Shown here piece after piece: positions 1-12,798 of a DNA stretch of 64,000 bases. The translations under genes and the position numbers were made by a program. How positions within the stretch are numbered: the first letter of the stretch is position 1; each line of letters starts with the position of its first letter. The DNA lies in assembly GCA_013239625.1 (NCBI GenBank), contig MU053994.1:1181775-1245774 (forward strand). The letters run 5' to 3'. The notes beneath the pieces are model-generated. The model searched no databases, had not been told where the DNA came from, and saw nothing but the letters and a program-made list of their open reading frames with translations. This stretch comes from Lama guanicoe (taxonomy: Eukaryota).

Positions 1-76
1 TTTTGACCTGGGAGTTACGTGGACACTTTTATCCTAGGCTCCTTTGCAGTTTTAGAAAATTATCAGCATGTGGGAG

Positions 77-283
77 ATGGTGTAGCATGGTGATTAAGAC
101 CACAGACTTCGGACTCGGCAAGACCCTGGGTATAAATCTCAGCTTGGCTATTTTCCAGCTGTGTGGCTCGAAGCTGTGTTTCCATTGGAGGTTCCTGTGA
201 GGATAAGATGAATTAATGTACAGTTAAGTGCCAAGTATAGTGTCCAGTGGGCAGCACACACCTGATAACGAAAGTTGTTATTT
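77..283 (+). mobile_element. MIR SINE (degenerate)
   Basis: MIR 5' motif gtgtagcatggtgattaaga...ctgggtataaatctcagc and core tgtgaggataagatgaattaatgta. Confidence 0.7.
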
Positions 284-2015
284 TATCCCATCAGTCAATC
301 ACAAAGAATTTTAAGAGGCTAATTAATGATGATCACACCTGAATGGTTTACATTTCTTGTCCTGTAAGTAGGACATTAGATCGTATGATCTCAAAAATAT
401 TTTGGTCCAACTCTAAGATTCCATGAAGAGTCCACCCAGAATAGTTTCTTCTCTGGATAACATAGTGCTTTCCCATCTGTATGAGAACCTAGGAGCTTCA
501 ATAACTGCTGTCTTTATTTTTGTTGTCTTGCATGGATGTCGTTATAATGAAGAAAGCTGATTCTGTTTTTCTACATCTTCTTTCTCTTTATACAATTTCA
601 TAAGGCAGGTTTATACCCAACTTGAACATCTCATGAATATGTAGGGGAAAAGTGGTTAATTACATTTGCATCAAATGAAGTTCAATAAATAAGTTCTGAG
701 CAGGCAGAGCAACAGAGGTTAAAAGTAACTCCAATTCATAGACTAAGAACAGGACGAGAAGGGAGATAATTTATAGCCAACTGGCAGCTGGAAGGGCAGT
801 GAATTGATAAGGCCACACTCACAGACCTTTAATTGATGGCTCCACCATCTGTATAGAAGCCGTGTGTAAATAAGAACAAATAGTTTGGCCACAGAGCTCA
901 GAGTGACTTTGTGATTGAGTCACAGAAAAAGAGGTGGCCAAAAAAATCAATTTAATCCTCCTAGTTTATGTTGCTCAGTCTCCTTCTAGTTGAGAATGTT
1001 TTCTCTGCCATGGCTTAATGAGTATCTTATTTTTATGACTCAAGTGGAGAAGCTTCTCCAACAATGAGATTACAACAGGACCACAAACCTTTACCTAACA
1101 ATTATCTGTGGCTGGCATGTTCCGGTTAAGCCTCTCAAGCGAGCAAGGAAACCACCACCACAAAAATGATCTGTATGCATTTGTGTGGACTTGGCTCCTC
1201 CCATGTGTCCACAGGCTGTATTCAGGGTGCAGATGTCAAAAGCTCTGTATTTTCAGGGGATCTCCCACGAGGCATGTCTGCCGTGATTCAGACTGAGGAT
1301 TCTAATCTGCTTAATCTGATCTCATTGGTAAGGTGCATCTCTGCCATATGATGATTGGAGAGGGTTGCACACCTTCACAAGCACTAGAAGGTGTGTGACA
1401 CCTGCTAGCTTGCAGGAACAGAGAGGAGGCACCCGGTCACTTCTCACAACCCATACAGCAAAGCAGGGTTATATAGAAAAGCCACCTAGATCCATCCACA
1501 CGATGCTTAGCTCATAGATGAAGATACAGAAATGAAAACAAAGAAACACGCATTTCCTTGGGATCCCAGCAGAGTAAGTCTGGCGGTGCTCCTACGACCA
1601 GACTCCAGAGCAAGTGAAGGATCTTTACTGCTATATAAGCACATGTTTATCTGTGGGGCATAGACGCCTCTCACGACTTTGTTTTTTCTTAACAATATTT
1701 CTGTTCTTCTCTTTATAAAAGTAATCTATTAATCCCAGCAGCAATGTAGGACACATACCTAAATTATAAGGCAAAAAATAACTTAGAACATAGAACACCC
1801 CCTCAGAAATAACCACTGTTAATAATGTTTGGTGTGTTTCATGAAAACATTTCTTCCAGTGTGTGTGTAGGGGTGTGTGTGTGTGTATTACAAAATTAAG
1901 ATTACGTATGTACAATTTTCTGTCCTGTCTTCACTGAACATTAACATTTTACCCTCTCATTAAAATTTAATTTGAATGCGTCATATTTTATAGTATAGAG
2001 ATGCTATGTGAGTGC

Positions 2016-2200
2016 TATGGAGTCAGACAGATCCCAATTTGGGTCCTGATTCTTTCAGTTTCCAGTTCTGCAAATGGGCAAAGGACCTCAGTTTCACCGT
2101 TTATAAAATGGGGATAATATTAGTTACTTCATATGGTTTCTGTAAGGATTAAATGAGATACTTGCAAAGCCCCTACATAGTTTCTGTAGATAATAAATGT
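2016..2200 (+). mobile_element. MIR SINE
   Basis: ggagtcagacag...cctcagtttc...taaaatgggataat...gtaaggattaaatgagata MIR core. Confidence 0.75.
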
Positions 2201-2254
2201 GAAATAGATGGTACCTGGTACTGAATCATTACTCAGTCCCTGGAAATGGAGTCT

Positions 2255-2592
2255 GTTCCCAATATTTTTGCTCTATGTAAAGTCACGTGTTTGCCTACAT
2301 TTCAAATTCTTTCCTTAGGATAAATTCCTAGCAATGAAATAAAGGGCATAAACATTTTAAAGCCTTGATTTGAATGCCTTTCTAGATCAGTTGTATCTAT
2401 TTGTACTCAAGCTAATGTTGCATAACACTGGTCAACTGGTTCCACCCTTTAGAGCACTGTGTGTCATCTTTTGTGACTGTGCTAATGAACAGACAGATAA
2501 TGATATTTCATTTAAATATGAATTTTGTTGGTTACCTAGTGGCATTGAATATTTTTTCATATATTTGTCTTTTTTTATGAATTGTCTGCCCA
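2255..2592 (-). mobile_element. Old L1 (L1M-type) fragment
   Basis: Antisense L1 motifs ttccttaggataaattcctag and ttgaatattttttcatatatttg...tttatgaattgtctgccc. Confidence 0.55.
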
Positions 2593-2690
2593 TCAGTCAA
2601 CACATATTATTACACTGCTTTTGTGCCAGACCCTGCTAGATATATTATGGGCACACATTGGTATCAAGACAGACACGAACCAAGCTCTGA
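2593..2690 (-). mobile_element. L2 3' end fragment
   Basis: tcaacacatattatt...tgtgccagaccctgctag...caagacagaca resembles antisense L2 tail. Confidence 0.5.
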
Positions 2691-4019
2691 TCACACACCA
2701 TTTTTTGAAGGTCAGTCACTGGGCTAAATGCTTAACTTAAATTATCACATTGATGATAATGTGAAACATTTTGAGATTCCTGGTTAATAATTAGTTCCCT
2801 TTGATTAATCTAGAGTCTCTCTTGCTATTTCCTTGTTTGGGCTACATTGAGTTGAGGATGTTATGTTCATATATTCTGGACAAGTAACTGCTGTGGTATG
2901 AATTTAAATTTCATACATATACGTGAAGCAGCGATGGGTGGATGGACTCACTACAAAAGGTATAGAGAAGAGCTGTATAGTGAATTAATAGCATTTGGGT
3001 GACCAGAAGAGGCTGAAGAATATATAAGCCACGTAAACCAAGCCAAACAATTTCAGCATGTGTAAAGCTTGTGTACTCAATCCAAATTAAGGTGGTGTTC
3101 TTTGAATCCTCAGGTTGACAAGCCTGTCCTACGTTTGGCAACTCAAGTGGAGACATCTTGCAGTCACCACCCACCCATCTGCACAGCCATTGTCTGGTTA
3201 TAGCCTAGATTAAAAGGTTTGACACCTGCACAGTGGTAGCTTTCTTACGTATGTAGGTAATTAAAACAGTCCAATGGCAGGTACTGGTGAACACGTTTCT
3301 GCTTCCAATGGTGGTTACAGGAGTCCCCAACATCTTACAATACTTTCGGGGTGTTGTCATTCACAAGGGTGTTTACATCCTCTTGCGGCATGCTGGCACC
3401 GTCCAATTAATGGGGTATTATTTATTGTCCACTGCAAAGATATCACACAGTAGAGAAGAAAGTTTAGTCATCCTACCAACTTATTTTTTCATTGCAATTC
3501 ACAGCATTCAAAGTATTTTCTTGTATATTACCACAATGATTCTGGGAGGTGTCGAAAGCTGGCTCCCCAGACATCAACAAGACATGATAAGACAAGGCTG
3601 AATTTCTTGCTTTAACCCCATCTCAGAGGGACGAAGGTAAGGTCAGAGTTTATTGAGATTAGGCAGTTTGCTTTAAGGCAAGTCTTTCAAAGCAGGGAGA
3701 CTTGATTCGAATTGGAGAAGAGTCACCATATGTCCAGGACTGGTGGAAATAGCAAGATGGTGATTTTTGAGATGAGAGATTCAAAGTATACTAAAGTGCA
3801 AATTATCTATTGATGCTTTCCATCCAAGAGTTGATGGTTCTGTTGGCAAGATACTCTAATAAACAATCAAACTGTCCTGGAAAATAAAGTAATTCTAATG
3901 AAGACAATGGAATAGCAAAGTCATGTAAGTGTAGCTGTTAAGTTGTGGTTTAGGTTCTCAGTGTCCAGGCTGAGTGTGAGACAGACCATTTTGATTTGCA
4001 GAAGAAAAGTGGTCATATA

Positions 4020-4160
4020 TCCATTTTATAGATGAGAAAACTGAGACTCTGGAAGATTAAATGGCTTTCCAAGGTCACCCATCTAATTAGTTCTGGAGAG
4101 AGAACTAGCCCTGAGTTTTTTTCACCTTGTCCACTGAGAACTTTCCCTCTTATACTGTTC
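4020..4160 (-). mobile_element. MIR SINE
   Basis: ccattttatagatgagaaaactgagactc...ccaaggtcac antisense MIR core. Confidence 0.75.
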
Positions 4161-4571
4161 CTCTTGCCCTTGGTCTCAAAGTCTCTTTGGGCATTGATGA
4201 GTTGCTAGAGCAAAAGGAAGTTTCAAACAAATCATAAGGTTTAAGCCACACAGTCTTACATGAATAAATGATAAAACGCTTTGCTGAGAATGGGTTTGTC
4301 CAATGAGCCTAAATGCACGCTACTCTATGTTTCAAAGATAATTCATGGATGAAGAATAGGAAATTGCATCCTTACTTATCAATAGCATGCAGGGGACAGA
4401 AATCCTTTACCAGTTTTGCTCTAATTTTTTTCATAGGGATGTCTCTAAGTAGGAGCCAAGGAGGAAGGGAAAGAAAGAGGGAAAAATGCTCTCTCTCTCA
4501 TATTTGTGCTGGGTACACCTGGGTTTTCTTTATTTCATTTTCACCTCCCTGGCTCGTGTCCTCTTAATTCC

Positions 4572-4638
4572 CCATATTTCACTGCAGCATTATTTACAAT
4601 ATCCAAGATATAAAATCAACCTAAGTGTCCGTTGAATG
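4572..4638 (+). mobile_element. L1 ORF2 C-terminal fragment (sense)
   Basis: ttcactgcagcattatttacaatatccaagatataaaatcaacctaagtgtcc matches the L1 FIAALFTIAK..QPKCP region. Confidence 0.75.
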
Positions 4639-4650
4639 TAGGGGTATATT

Positions 4651-4868
4651 AATCTTTTCCACAGTGGCTGCACCAATTTACAGTCCCACCAACAGTGCAC
4701 AGGAGTTCCCTTTTCTCCACATCCTCGCCAGAACTGTTATTTCTTCTCTTTTTGATAATAGCCATTCTGACAGGTGTGGTGTGGTATCTCATTGTGGTTT
4801 TGATTTGCAGTTCCCTGATGGTGAACATCTTTTCAGGTACCTGTTGGCCATCTGTATGTCTTCTTTTT
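4651..4868 (-). mobile_element. L1 ORF2 C-terminal fragment (antisense)
   Basis: Minus-strand translation [24 protein letters not shown] is the L1 ORF2 C-terminal (pre-CCHC) segment. Confidence 0.9.
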
Positions 4869-5419
4869 AAAATAAGCTTCTGTGTGGCAAGTGCACGTAA
4901 GAAAATATTGCTATTAGTTATAAAATTTCTTTGTTCCAGGCTTGATGCAAACAGATTAGGGATGTAATCTGTCACATATACATGTGAAAAGTTGACTTTT
5001 TAGAAACAGTGACTACAGTGAGCATTTTGTTAAATCTATCTCTCTGGTATTGTATTTATATATAATTAAAAATTAATTATTTTCATTTTCTTTGTTAAAA
5101 AAGAGTCCCAAGATTGGCAGAATAATGGAATGGCCTGTAAAATAGCATGATTTCAACCACAATTTGGTCATCATGCTGTTGTCTTTGTGAGCAACATAGA
5201 AAAGCAAAGGCCAAATATTCTTCAGTTGGGGAGCTTCAAGGTAACTTGAACGTTAAAAAAAAATTACATCTTTGTCAATTTAGGCTGAGGTGTTTGTTTG
5301 TGGGTTCCAGCTCCCTAAACTTGGCCTTTTCTTTTTTCATTTTTAATCAGATATTTGAATGAAGACTGAAAAGACACGAGAAGCAAATTTAGAAGTAAAC
5401 CAAAGCTAGGAGAAATAGG

Positions 5420-5830
5420 CTGGGAGTTTTAAGTAACATGTTAGATGATGAAATGAAGATGTAAAGATAATTGTCATAGACTGGAATTGGGAAACAAATG
5501 CAACAAGATTAAAGCTAACAGATATAAATGCAAATTTCTCATTCAGGTGTTCATAATTTAATTACATGGGTGTACAATGAAGGAGATCTCAGAAGTACTT
5601 ATGAAAATGACCAGGGGGGATTTAATTGGCCCCAAGTTTTTTGTTTTTAATGGAGGTACTGGGAGTTGAACCTAGGACCTCAGGCATGCTAAGCATGCAC
5701 TCTAACACTGAACTATACCCTCCCTCCAGCTGGCCTCAACTTTAATACAAGCCTATAAATCAAGAAAACTGTCCAAAATTTATGATTCCTTTGGCCAGAT
5801 AAGTGACTGAAGGAGGACTGTCCTGTTTTC
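5420..5830 (+). mobile_element. L3/CR1 LINE fragment interrupted by a SINE
   Basis: aaatgcaacaagattaaagctaacagatataaatgcaaa...gaaaatgaccaggggg resembles CR1 RT 3' region (KCKV..EKDLGV). Confidence 0.5.
5637..5727 (-). mobile_element. tRNA-Ala(AGC)-derived SINE / retrocopy (camelid Vic-1-like, short form)
   Basis: Minus strand reads gggtatagttcagtgttagagtgcatgcttagcatgcctgaggtcctaggttcaactcccagtacctcca plus A-tail; TSD tggccccaagttt (5627-5639) / tggcctcaacttt (5731-5743). Confidence 0.9.
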
Positions 5831-6574
5831 CCTCCTCCCTTCAATCTACACCTGGGGAGGAGGAGTATTGTTTTGGATTCATCAGATTCTGGGACACGAT
5901 TATGCTGTATTTGCGCATGGGCACAGTCACTGTGTGTTAACAGGTCAGCACTAAGGTGTGGCTGGCTTGCCGCTCTCCATGAAACACTGCTGAAGTGGAG
6001 GGGTCAGAGCTCACCCTCTATGGGAGATTTTCTTCCTCTTTCTTCGTTCTCTGCCATCCATATGGCAGAAGTGATAAGCTTACTCAGGGCTACCATCTTG
6101 GATCATAGCCAACCAACTAACTCAACTTTTTTTTTTTCTTTACATGAGGTTGAAGCATGGTAAGATCTTAAACTTGGAGGCAGGTGAAGCATTAGCAGAG
6201 CTCACTCATAATCTGCTTTGGGATGAAGGCACATAGGCTAAGTCACATAGGAAAGGTTATACACCAAATGGTGTATGTTCCATATGGCCACATGCTCCAA
6301 ATGGCCCAGCATAAACATCAGGTTATCTTCTGGTGGGGATTAGGGTCTAAGCTCATAAAGTGATAAGGATTTATTTAATTTTCCTTTTTTAGTGTTTTTG
6401 TTTGTGTTTGTGTCTTTTTCATGAACCTCTCAAGGGAGAATTGGCAGTGTCTAGAGTGAGATAGACATATTCTTTGATTCTTTGATCATAATACCACTCA
6501 AGCGTACAGCACTCCAATCCCTCCACTGTCTCTAACAGCTGAATTAAGAGGACAGTATAGTGGTTAATGTCCCT

Positions 6575-6900
6575 CTATTCTCCAGACATATATTTTGACT
6601 CTATTGCAAGTCCCTATTTGAGTGTCCCATAGGAACCTCAAAAATTTATTTCCAAAATTTATCTCTTTGAACTCTCTCCCCCTGATTCCACACCATTACC
6701 ACTAATTTGCAAATTCACTTCTTCTGCTATTTGAGTATTACCTGTTTCATTGAAGATACCAGCACCTACCTTATTGCCTGACTCCTTGACCCTCTGTATT
6801 TAGTTGATTACCAAATTCTGTCATTAAAAAAAAAGTCTTTTGAACATGTTTACTTCTGCCCTCACCTTGTTTGCCTTTGCTATCTGTCACTGGATTATTT
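6575..6900 (+). mobile_element. L2 fragment
   Basis: ctccagacatat...tgtcccataggaacctcaaa...tccaaaa...ttaccaaattctgtc, L2-like pyrimidine-rich tract. Confidence 0.5.
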
Positions 6901-7124
6901 TAAGTCATGACCTGTGTTTTCATTCCTGCCGCAATGCTTGGCACATACTTTGTGACTGATTCTGGAAAATATATCTTCATGTTTATCTTCAAGATTTAAA
7001 GGAACGTGATAGTCAAGAAACAAAACATTTATTTTGGGTTGCTTCAGATGTCAGGGAGGCAAGTTTTTATTAATATAAGATAGAGCTGAAAATAGGAGGA
7101 CTCCACTGTGGACTAAACTATTTC

Positions 7125-7280
7125 ATAAAGCTTTGAGCTCTTCATTTTGGGGACTATTGAAGGAGGAGCTGGGTAGACATCAGGGAGGGGGTGCCATTGA
7201 AAGGATTCCAGCTTTGCTATAATGCAAGACAATATGACTTCTAGGGTTCCTTTCAGCTATAAGATTTGATAATTTCTGTA
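7125..7280 (+). mobile_element. L3/CR1 (or MIR3) 3' end
   Basis: atgacttctagggttcctttcagctataagattt resembles CR1/MIR3 terminus ggtcccttccaactctaagattct. Confidence 0.5.
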
Positions 7281-7329
7281 TTAATTTAACACGATTGTAT
7301 CCAAAGTCTTAAGAGCATTTGTTCTGTTC

Positions 7330-7430
7330 GGTAGAATTAGAAATAAGCATAATTTTCTTCTTACTGCTTTTCTGTATTTTTTAAAAGCTTTCCAAAATAG
7401 GAATGTATTACTTTCATGATCAGAAAAAAA
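7330..7430 (+). mobile_element. Old L1 (L1ME/MC) 3' terminus
   Basis: ttttcttcttactgcttttctgtattttt...atgtattactttcatgatcagaaaaaaa. Confidence 0.5.
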
Positions 7431-7551
7431 TTTATTAGTAAGCACAAAAACTGTTTACTTTTTAAAAGAATACTTGATCTCTTTCAAATATGAACATAAC
7501 CTTTTGTTAGAGGTATCAAAGAAACCTTTTTGTTGTTGTATATGTGCCAAC

Positions 7552-8019
7552 TGTCAGTATGCTTTAGGTTTGGCTGCATATAATGGGAAATTTAAAAAAT
7601 TAACAGTGGCTTAAACAAATTAGAAATCCTGTTCTCTTTTATGTAAAAGAAGTTTGGATGCAGACAGCCAGAGGTGATATGATGGCTTCTCTGTGGCAGG
7701 CACCAGTACTTCTTTATCTAGTTCAGCTCTGTCGGTTCAATTCCTAGGGTCACCTCATGGTTCAAAAAGGCCACTGAATACCAGCATTCCATATGTGTTC
7801 CGAACAGCAGGGAAGAGGAAAGAGAAGAAGATGGGTTGGTCTTCATTTTAAAGACCTTCCCAGAAATACCAGACAGCACTTCTATATAAATTTCATTGAT
7901 GAGACCTTAGCCATAAGGTCATACTTAGCTGCCAGGAATTCTGGGGAAGAAAATCAGGGCTTTGTTTCTAATGAAGAAGAGAATGGATATTGGGAAGCTA
8001 ATAGCTGTCTCTGTTACAC
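7552..8019 (-). mobile_element. MaLR solo LTR (MLT1J/K-like)
   Basis: tgtcagtatgctttaggtttggctgc...aacagtggcttaaacaaa...ggtcatacttagctgccagg...tctgttaca. Confidence 0.75.
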
Positions 8020-8710
8020 CTAATGACTAAGGATAAACATAATACAGACTCATTTTAAAAAGTGTCACTGGCCACTGCTTCGTCGCTTACAGTTTTAGGA
8101 ACTTTCTATTGAGCTCCATTTATTTAGCTCAATCAACAATTATTTACTAAAAAACTTGTCTCATTTTTTAAATTTGTAAAAGGGATCTGTATATTCCCCA
8201 TGGGGCTGTAGTGGGTATTGCGTGACATGACACATGTAACACTTGGAACAGCCTCCTGGAACAGATATACATGAAGTGCTCGATAAATGTTAGTTGTCAC
8301 CCTAATTAATATTGCTGTTTGTGAAAGAACATAAGTGAAACTGAAGACATGGTTCCTGCCTTAGGTTTCTTCTTTTTTGGTTGTGAAGACAAGCTACATG
8401 GGCGTGAGATAACCTCAGAATGAATGTACAGTTAAGAGCCAAATATTATGGAGCAGAGTGTAATGTTTCCCAGAATTCAAAAACTGGAAAAGTCCTTATA
8501 GGGTGTGGTGTGTGTGAGAGAGAGAGACAGAGAGTGAGGTGTCAGGGAATATTTTATGAGGATTTAATAATTTACGTTTCAGGATGACTTCTTAATTTTC
8601 TCCCTTGAGTGGCCGCATAATTTGCTTATGCCCCTTAGAGAAGTTAACTGCTGGTCTGCACCATCTCAGGCTGGGAAGCATCTTCCTGATTCTTAAAAGT
8701 TCCAGGGGGA

Positions 8711-8886
8711 GATAAACAGCAAGGACCTACTGTACAGCACAGGGAACTATATTCAATACCTTGTAATAACCTATAATGAAAAAGCCTATGAAAAAGAATA
8801 TATATGTATAAATGAATCACTGTGAATTAACACAACATTGTAAATCGACTATACTTCAATAAAAAAAATGAAGGCCAAAAAAAAAA
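8711..8886 (+). mobile_element. 5'-truncated L1 3' UTR with A-tail
   Basis: aaggacctactgtacagcacagggaactatattcaata...tgtaaatcgactatacttcaataaaa; TSD aaaagttccagggggag (8695-8711) / aaaatttccgggggag (8883-8898). Confidence 0.9.
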
Positions 8887-11454
8887 TTTCCGGGGGAGAG
8901 GCCACAGACACCCCCATTTTCTTTTATGCCCATTTGTGAAATTATTACTTAGTTTTTTTAGGGTAAAATCTCATGGATTAAAGTAAGAATATTCTTTCTT
9001 AGTTTAAGAATATGCTACCTACTAAACATTGCAACAATTGAGTGGACAACAACACAGGTATGGGTGAGAATGGATAATCTATTAGAATAGATATTGCCTG
9101 CCTTTTTTTTTTTTTTGAGGAAAGAAGTCTTTCCTAGCATTGCATTCTATTTTATGCAGTACATTTGCTAAGAGAATTCAAAAGAAGAGATCAGGCCCAT
9201 TGTCCTTCATTCCAGCAGTATTGAAGGCCCAATTTCGTCTTTTGAGGCTCTTAAGGAGCATACTACATAAAAAGGAATGGACTGCTTGCTATTCAACCAT
9301 AGCTGGAATAACAATACCAATCATTATACTGTTATCTATTTGAAAAATGTGGATTTTACTTGGAGATGGTATTTATTGAAGCCTGCAAGAAATCGTTTTC
9401 CGTCTACCTGGCAAGAACAATTTGAAATGGAAAATTCGAGCGCAGAGATCAGTTGAAATTTGACCTTCTCTGTATCATCGTGGATTTTTGGTATGATGGT
9501 GTCTGGGAGGGTGGAGGTGAGGGGTGTCCATTGGCTTCCAATCCTGTGCTGGGTTCATCTCCTGCAGCACAATAGGGCAATCTAAGAGAAACCTTCTCTG
9601 GTTTTATTAAAATGGGGGAGGATGTGGGTTGCTGGGGCTGATGCACTTAAAATGCGCTTTGAAGCATCATGGAAATTTTGCAAAAGACTTTTATTTAGCA
9701 ACAATTCTATTGATAAAGTCAATGAGAGTTTTGTCTGTGTGAGAACTGCAGGATGGGACCCCAAGTCACATGCTTTCAAAATTATTCTCCCTTTGTTGGA
9801 TATCACAAAGGATATTTCCCCATGAAAACAAGATCTTTTGTTTCTTATGAATTCATTCTAATTGTGAAACCGGCTGATAGGGTTACTTCATGTCCTTCTC
9901 GCACTGGCAGGTGGCCCGAGGGAGCTGGCGAAATGGGCTCAATCATCTATTAAGGCTTTTCCTGGTCTTAATGTCATTCACTTCTCATCTAAAACCATAG
10001 TCCTTGATGTTCATTTCCAAAGGCAATAACAGTGAGGTCACGGATGGTGATTTGTTCCTGTTTGGCTTTTAAAGTCAGCGGGTAAGATATCTCTGCCTGC
10101 CTGGTTTCCCTACCTTTTTGCAAATGTGTGTGGCCGACAAAGAAAAATGCAGAGACAATATAGATAGGTAGTGAATGTGGAGACAAGTTAGAGCATCGAT
10201 TTGCAAAGGAACTTATTCAGTTGCTTGTGCTAGGTTCGGTGCAGAAAATAAGAGAGATGTGGTTCCCTGGTCCTGAGAACTCACCCTTGATCCAGCCAGT
10301 GTGCTGTGTGAAACATTTAACAGCGATTTGGCAAATATTGTTATGTAAATGATCTACTATCTATTGACGATTCAAGACAGGTGGGGCCTAGGTTGGACCC
10401 TCAGGGAAGTCCTGCAGGAAATGCTGTGCAAAGATGTGGTGGCCTTGCCGCAGACTGATGCATTTCAAAGTGCTGTAGAACACGGATGAAAGGAAACCCA
10501 GCTTCTACACTTGAAAGACTGCTGGCAAAAGTTCACAATATATAAAGCTGATATAGGAAATATATATTTTTAAATTTCCTATGTAACCTATCGTGGAAAG
10601 CCTTAGCCAAGCCTTTTGCTCTGAATTCTTTAGTCAGCCCAGCGCTCCAGTAAGAAAAGACAGGGTGCAGGCTGTGCTGTGTTACAAGATGGGGGTTGAG
10701 GGATGTGAATATCTCTAAATAGTAATCATAACCTCTAAACTGTGTGACCATCAAACTGTCTATCAGCATCTATGTGGAGCAAAGGAAGGTGGGATGAGGG
10801 AGCCTCATCCACTCAGTTCACATCTTTGATCTTGGGGACATCTATTGTACCTTTTGTTCGCTGGTTCCTCACCTAGCTAGCATAAGTCATCATTTTCCCC
10901 AATCTTGGGTGTGCACCGGCTTTTGAGGTCCAGAATAGCTCATCTATGGTGGCTTTTAGGGAATAGAGTGGGGCAAGGTGTGGTTGGAGGCAGAGATGAT
11001 TTGGGAATATCCTACATGGATAATACACGGTATCACTTTGGGATCAAGAAAAGAAGGCTTTGCAGTGGGTGGGATGTGAGTTGTTTTCTTGGCCGATGGA
11101 GGCAAGGAAGGAACCCCTGGTTAACAAGGATGAGTAGGGGAAGGAAGTGTTCTTAGCCCAAGCATGGGGGTCAGGTGGAGCATAGGGTTAAAGGGAGCAG
11201 GAGCACTGGACAGTCATTGAACCTGATTTGACTACAAGTTCAAGAACAAGGATGCACCGTTGAGAGGGAGGCAGAGGGTGCCAAGCTGAGACCTGATACA
11301 GTGGTATCATGACCACAGTCTTGAGTCAAAAACAGGGGCACATGGTCTGATGAGAGGAATAGAAAAGAGACAGGTGGTGTAGACAGGGCGTGTGATTTTA
11401 GTAATGACAGGAAATAACCAGAGAGGGATTGTATCAAAAATAGAGCTTTTTTTG

Positions 11455-11748
11455 TGGAAAGCCTACTGAGTGTCAGGCATTGGGCTGGACATTAGACATA
11501 TGCAAGAAAGATAAACAGACTCAAATCTTTGCCTCATGGAGCTCATATGCTAATGGATGGAGATAGAAAATGCACATAAAAATGAATGGGTATATTGCCT
11601 GTTAAAAAGTGACGTCATGGATATAAGTAAAGCAGAGTAAGTGGGAGGGGAACTAGCTGATGAGCAGGTGGTCACACTTTTAAGCAGTGTGGATGGGAGA
11701 GACCTAACTGAGAAAGTTAATTTGAGCAAAGACCTGAAGGAGGTGATT
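11455..11748 (-). mobile_element. L2 fragment
   Basis: cctactgagtgtcaggcattg...tgcctcatggagctcat...tttgagcaaagacctgaagga antisense L2. Confidence 0.7.
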
Positions 11749-12798
11749 TAAAAAAAAAATAGGTCTTCTAGTGGAGTCTGGATTGCACAGAGAGAACACT
11801 ATTGCTTTATATCCATCAAGCCGCATCTACATGAGACGTTCAAGGTCTTTGGGTTGCATTAGCTGCTTGTTATACTGCTTTACAGACTTCAGAAGGCCCT
11901 GGTCACGCACTAACCCATAAAGCCAAATTCAGGGATCGGTATGGGGAAGAGAAAGTTTTCTTTTTCACGTGTTGTTTTGAAGAGGGTGTTAATTAACCCA
12001 GATGGTCCTCACCCGCAGCCCTGCAGTACAAAGGGACTTCCACCTGAAGGGAAGCCCTGAGCAGGATCTTTAAAGATTTTCCTTCTCTGGTCTTATGCCT
12101 ACCCTTTTTCCTGACCTTAATCCTAAACATCTTTAAGAAAAGCACTTAGGAAAATATGAAATAAAAGCAGCCAGGGGGAAAAGCCTGCCTTGAATGTGCT
12201 TTGTTGAAGCTGCAGGTGCTAAGTGAGCCAGGCTGCATGGAAAGAACTCTCACTTGCTCAAGTGTCTGAGGATTCCACTCCGGACCATTTCTTTGAAAAT
12301 CTCCTTGACATAACCGTCATGTGTCTTCTTTCTCTTAGGTGACCTGACCCTTGTTTCATAACTAGCCAGAGGCAGAAGCTGGCAGATGCATTTTCCTAAT
12401 TTCAGCTGTTTGAATTAGTGGCACCATCAGTGGACTAATACGGCTTTCAAAAAACTCCAGAATGCCCCAGACTTAAGACCAAAAAATTTTGGTGGGCCAA
12501 ATCTACCACACAGTTCCTGGTGATAACCCTACTGAGAGCTAGGCAGGACCCTCTACTGCCTAGATGCCAAAGAAACAAAAGACAGCAGACCTTTCATAAA
12601 CATGCGTCAAAGTAGTGGCTGTTACAGAAGAGATCCTCAATGTTTGACTGACTGGATATACTCTTATCAAAAGCCTTTTTAGAGGCTTATGATCTTTCAA
12701 ACCATGCAGTCGCTGCTGAACTACAGAAGAGAATGCAGTAAGGGTTTAAGTAGTTTGTAGGTCGACCACCCCTGAAGGGTGTCTCTAGCCTCTGCTGT

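Noticed and set aside
3480..3990. Possible ancient LTR-like element
   Set aside because: Could not assign a family or termini by eye; needs a Dfam search
5651..5722. Functional tRNA-Ala gene (also the copies at ~20612 and ~47990)
   Set aside because: A-tail, TSD, stem mismatches and multiple dispersed copies indicate SINEs
6259..6276. Hairpin atacacca-aa-tggtgtat (and near-palindrome at 2896-2916)
   Set aside because: Short stems of this size are expected by chance in 64 kb
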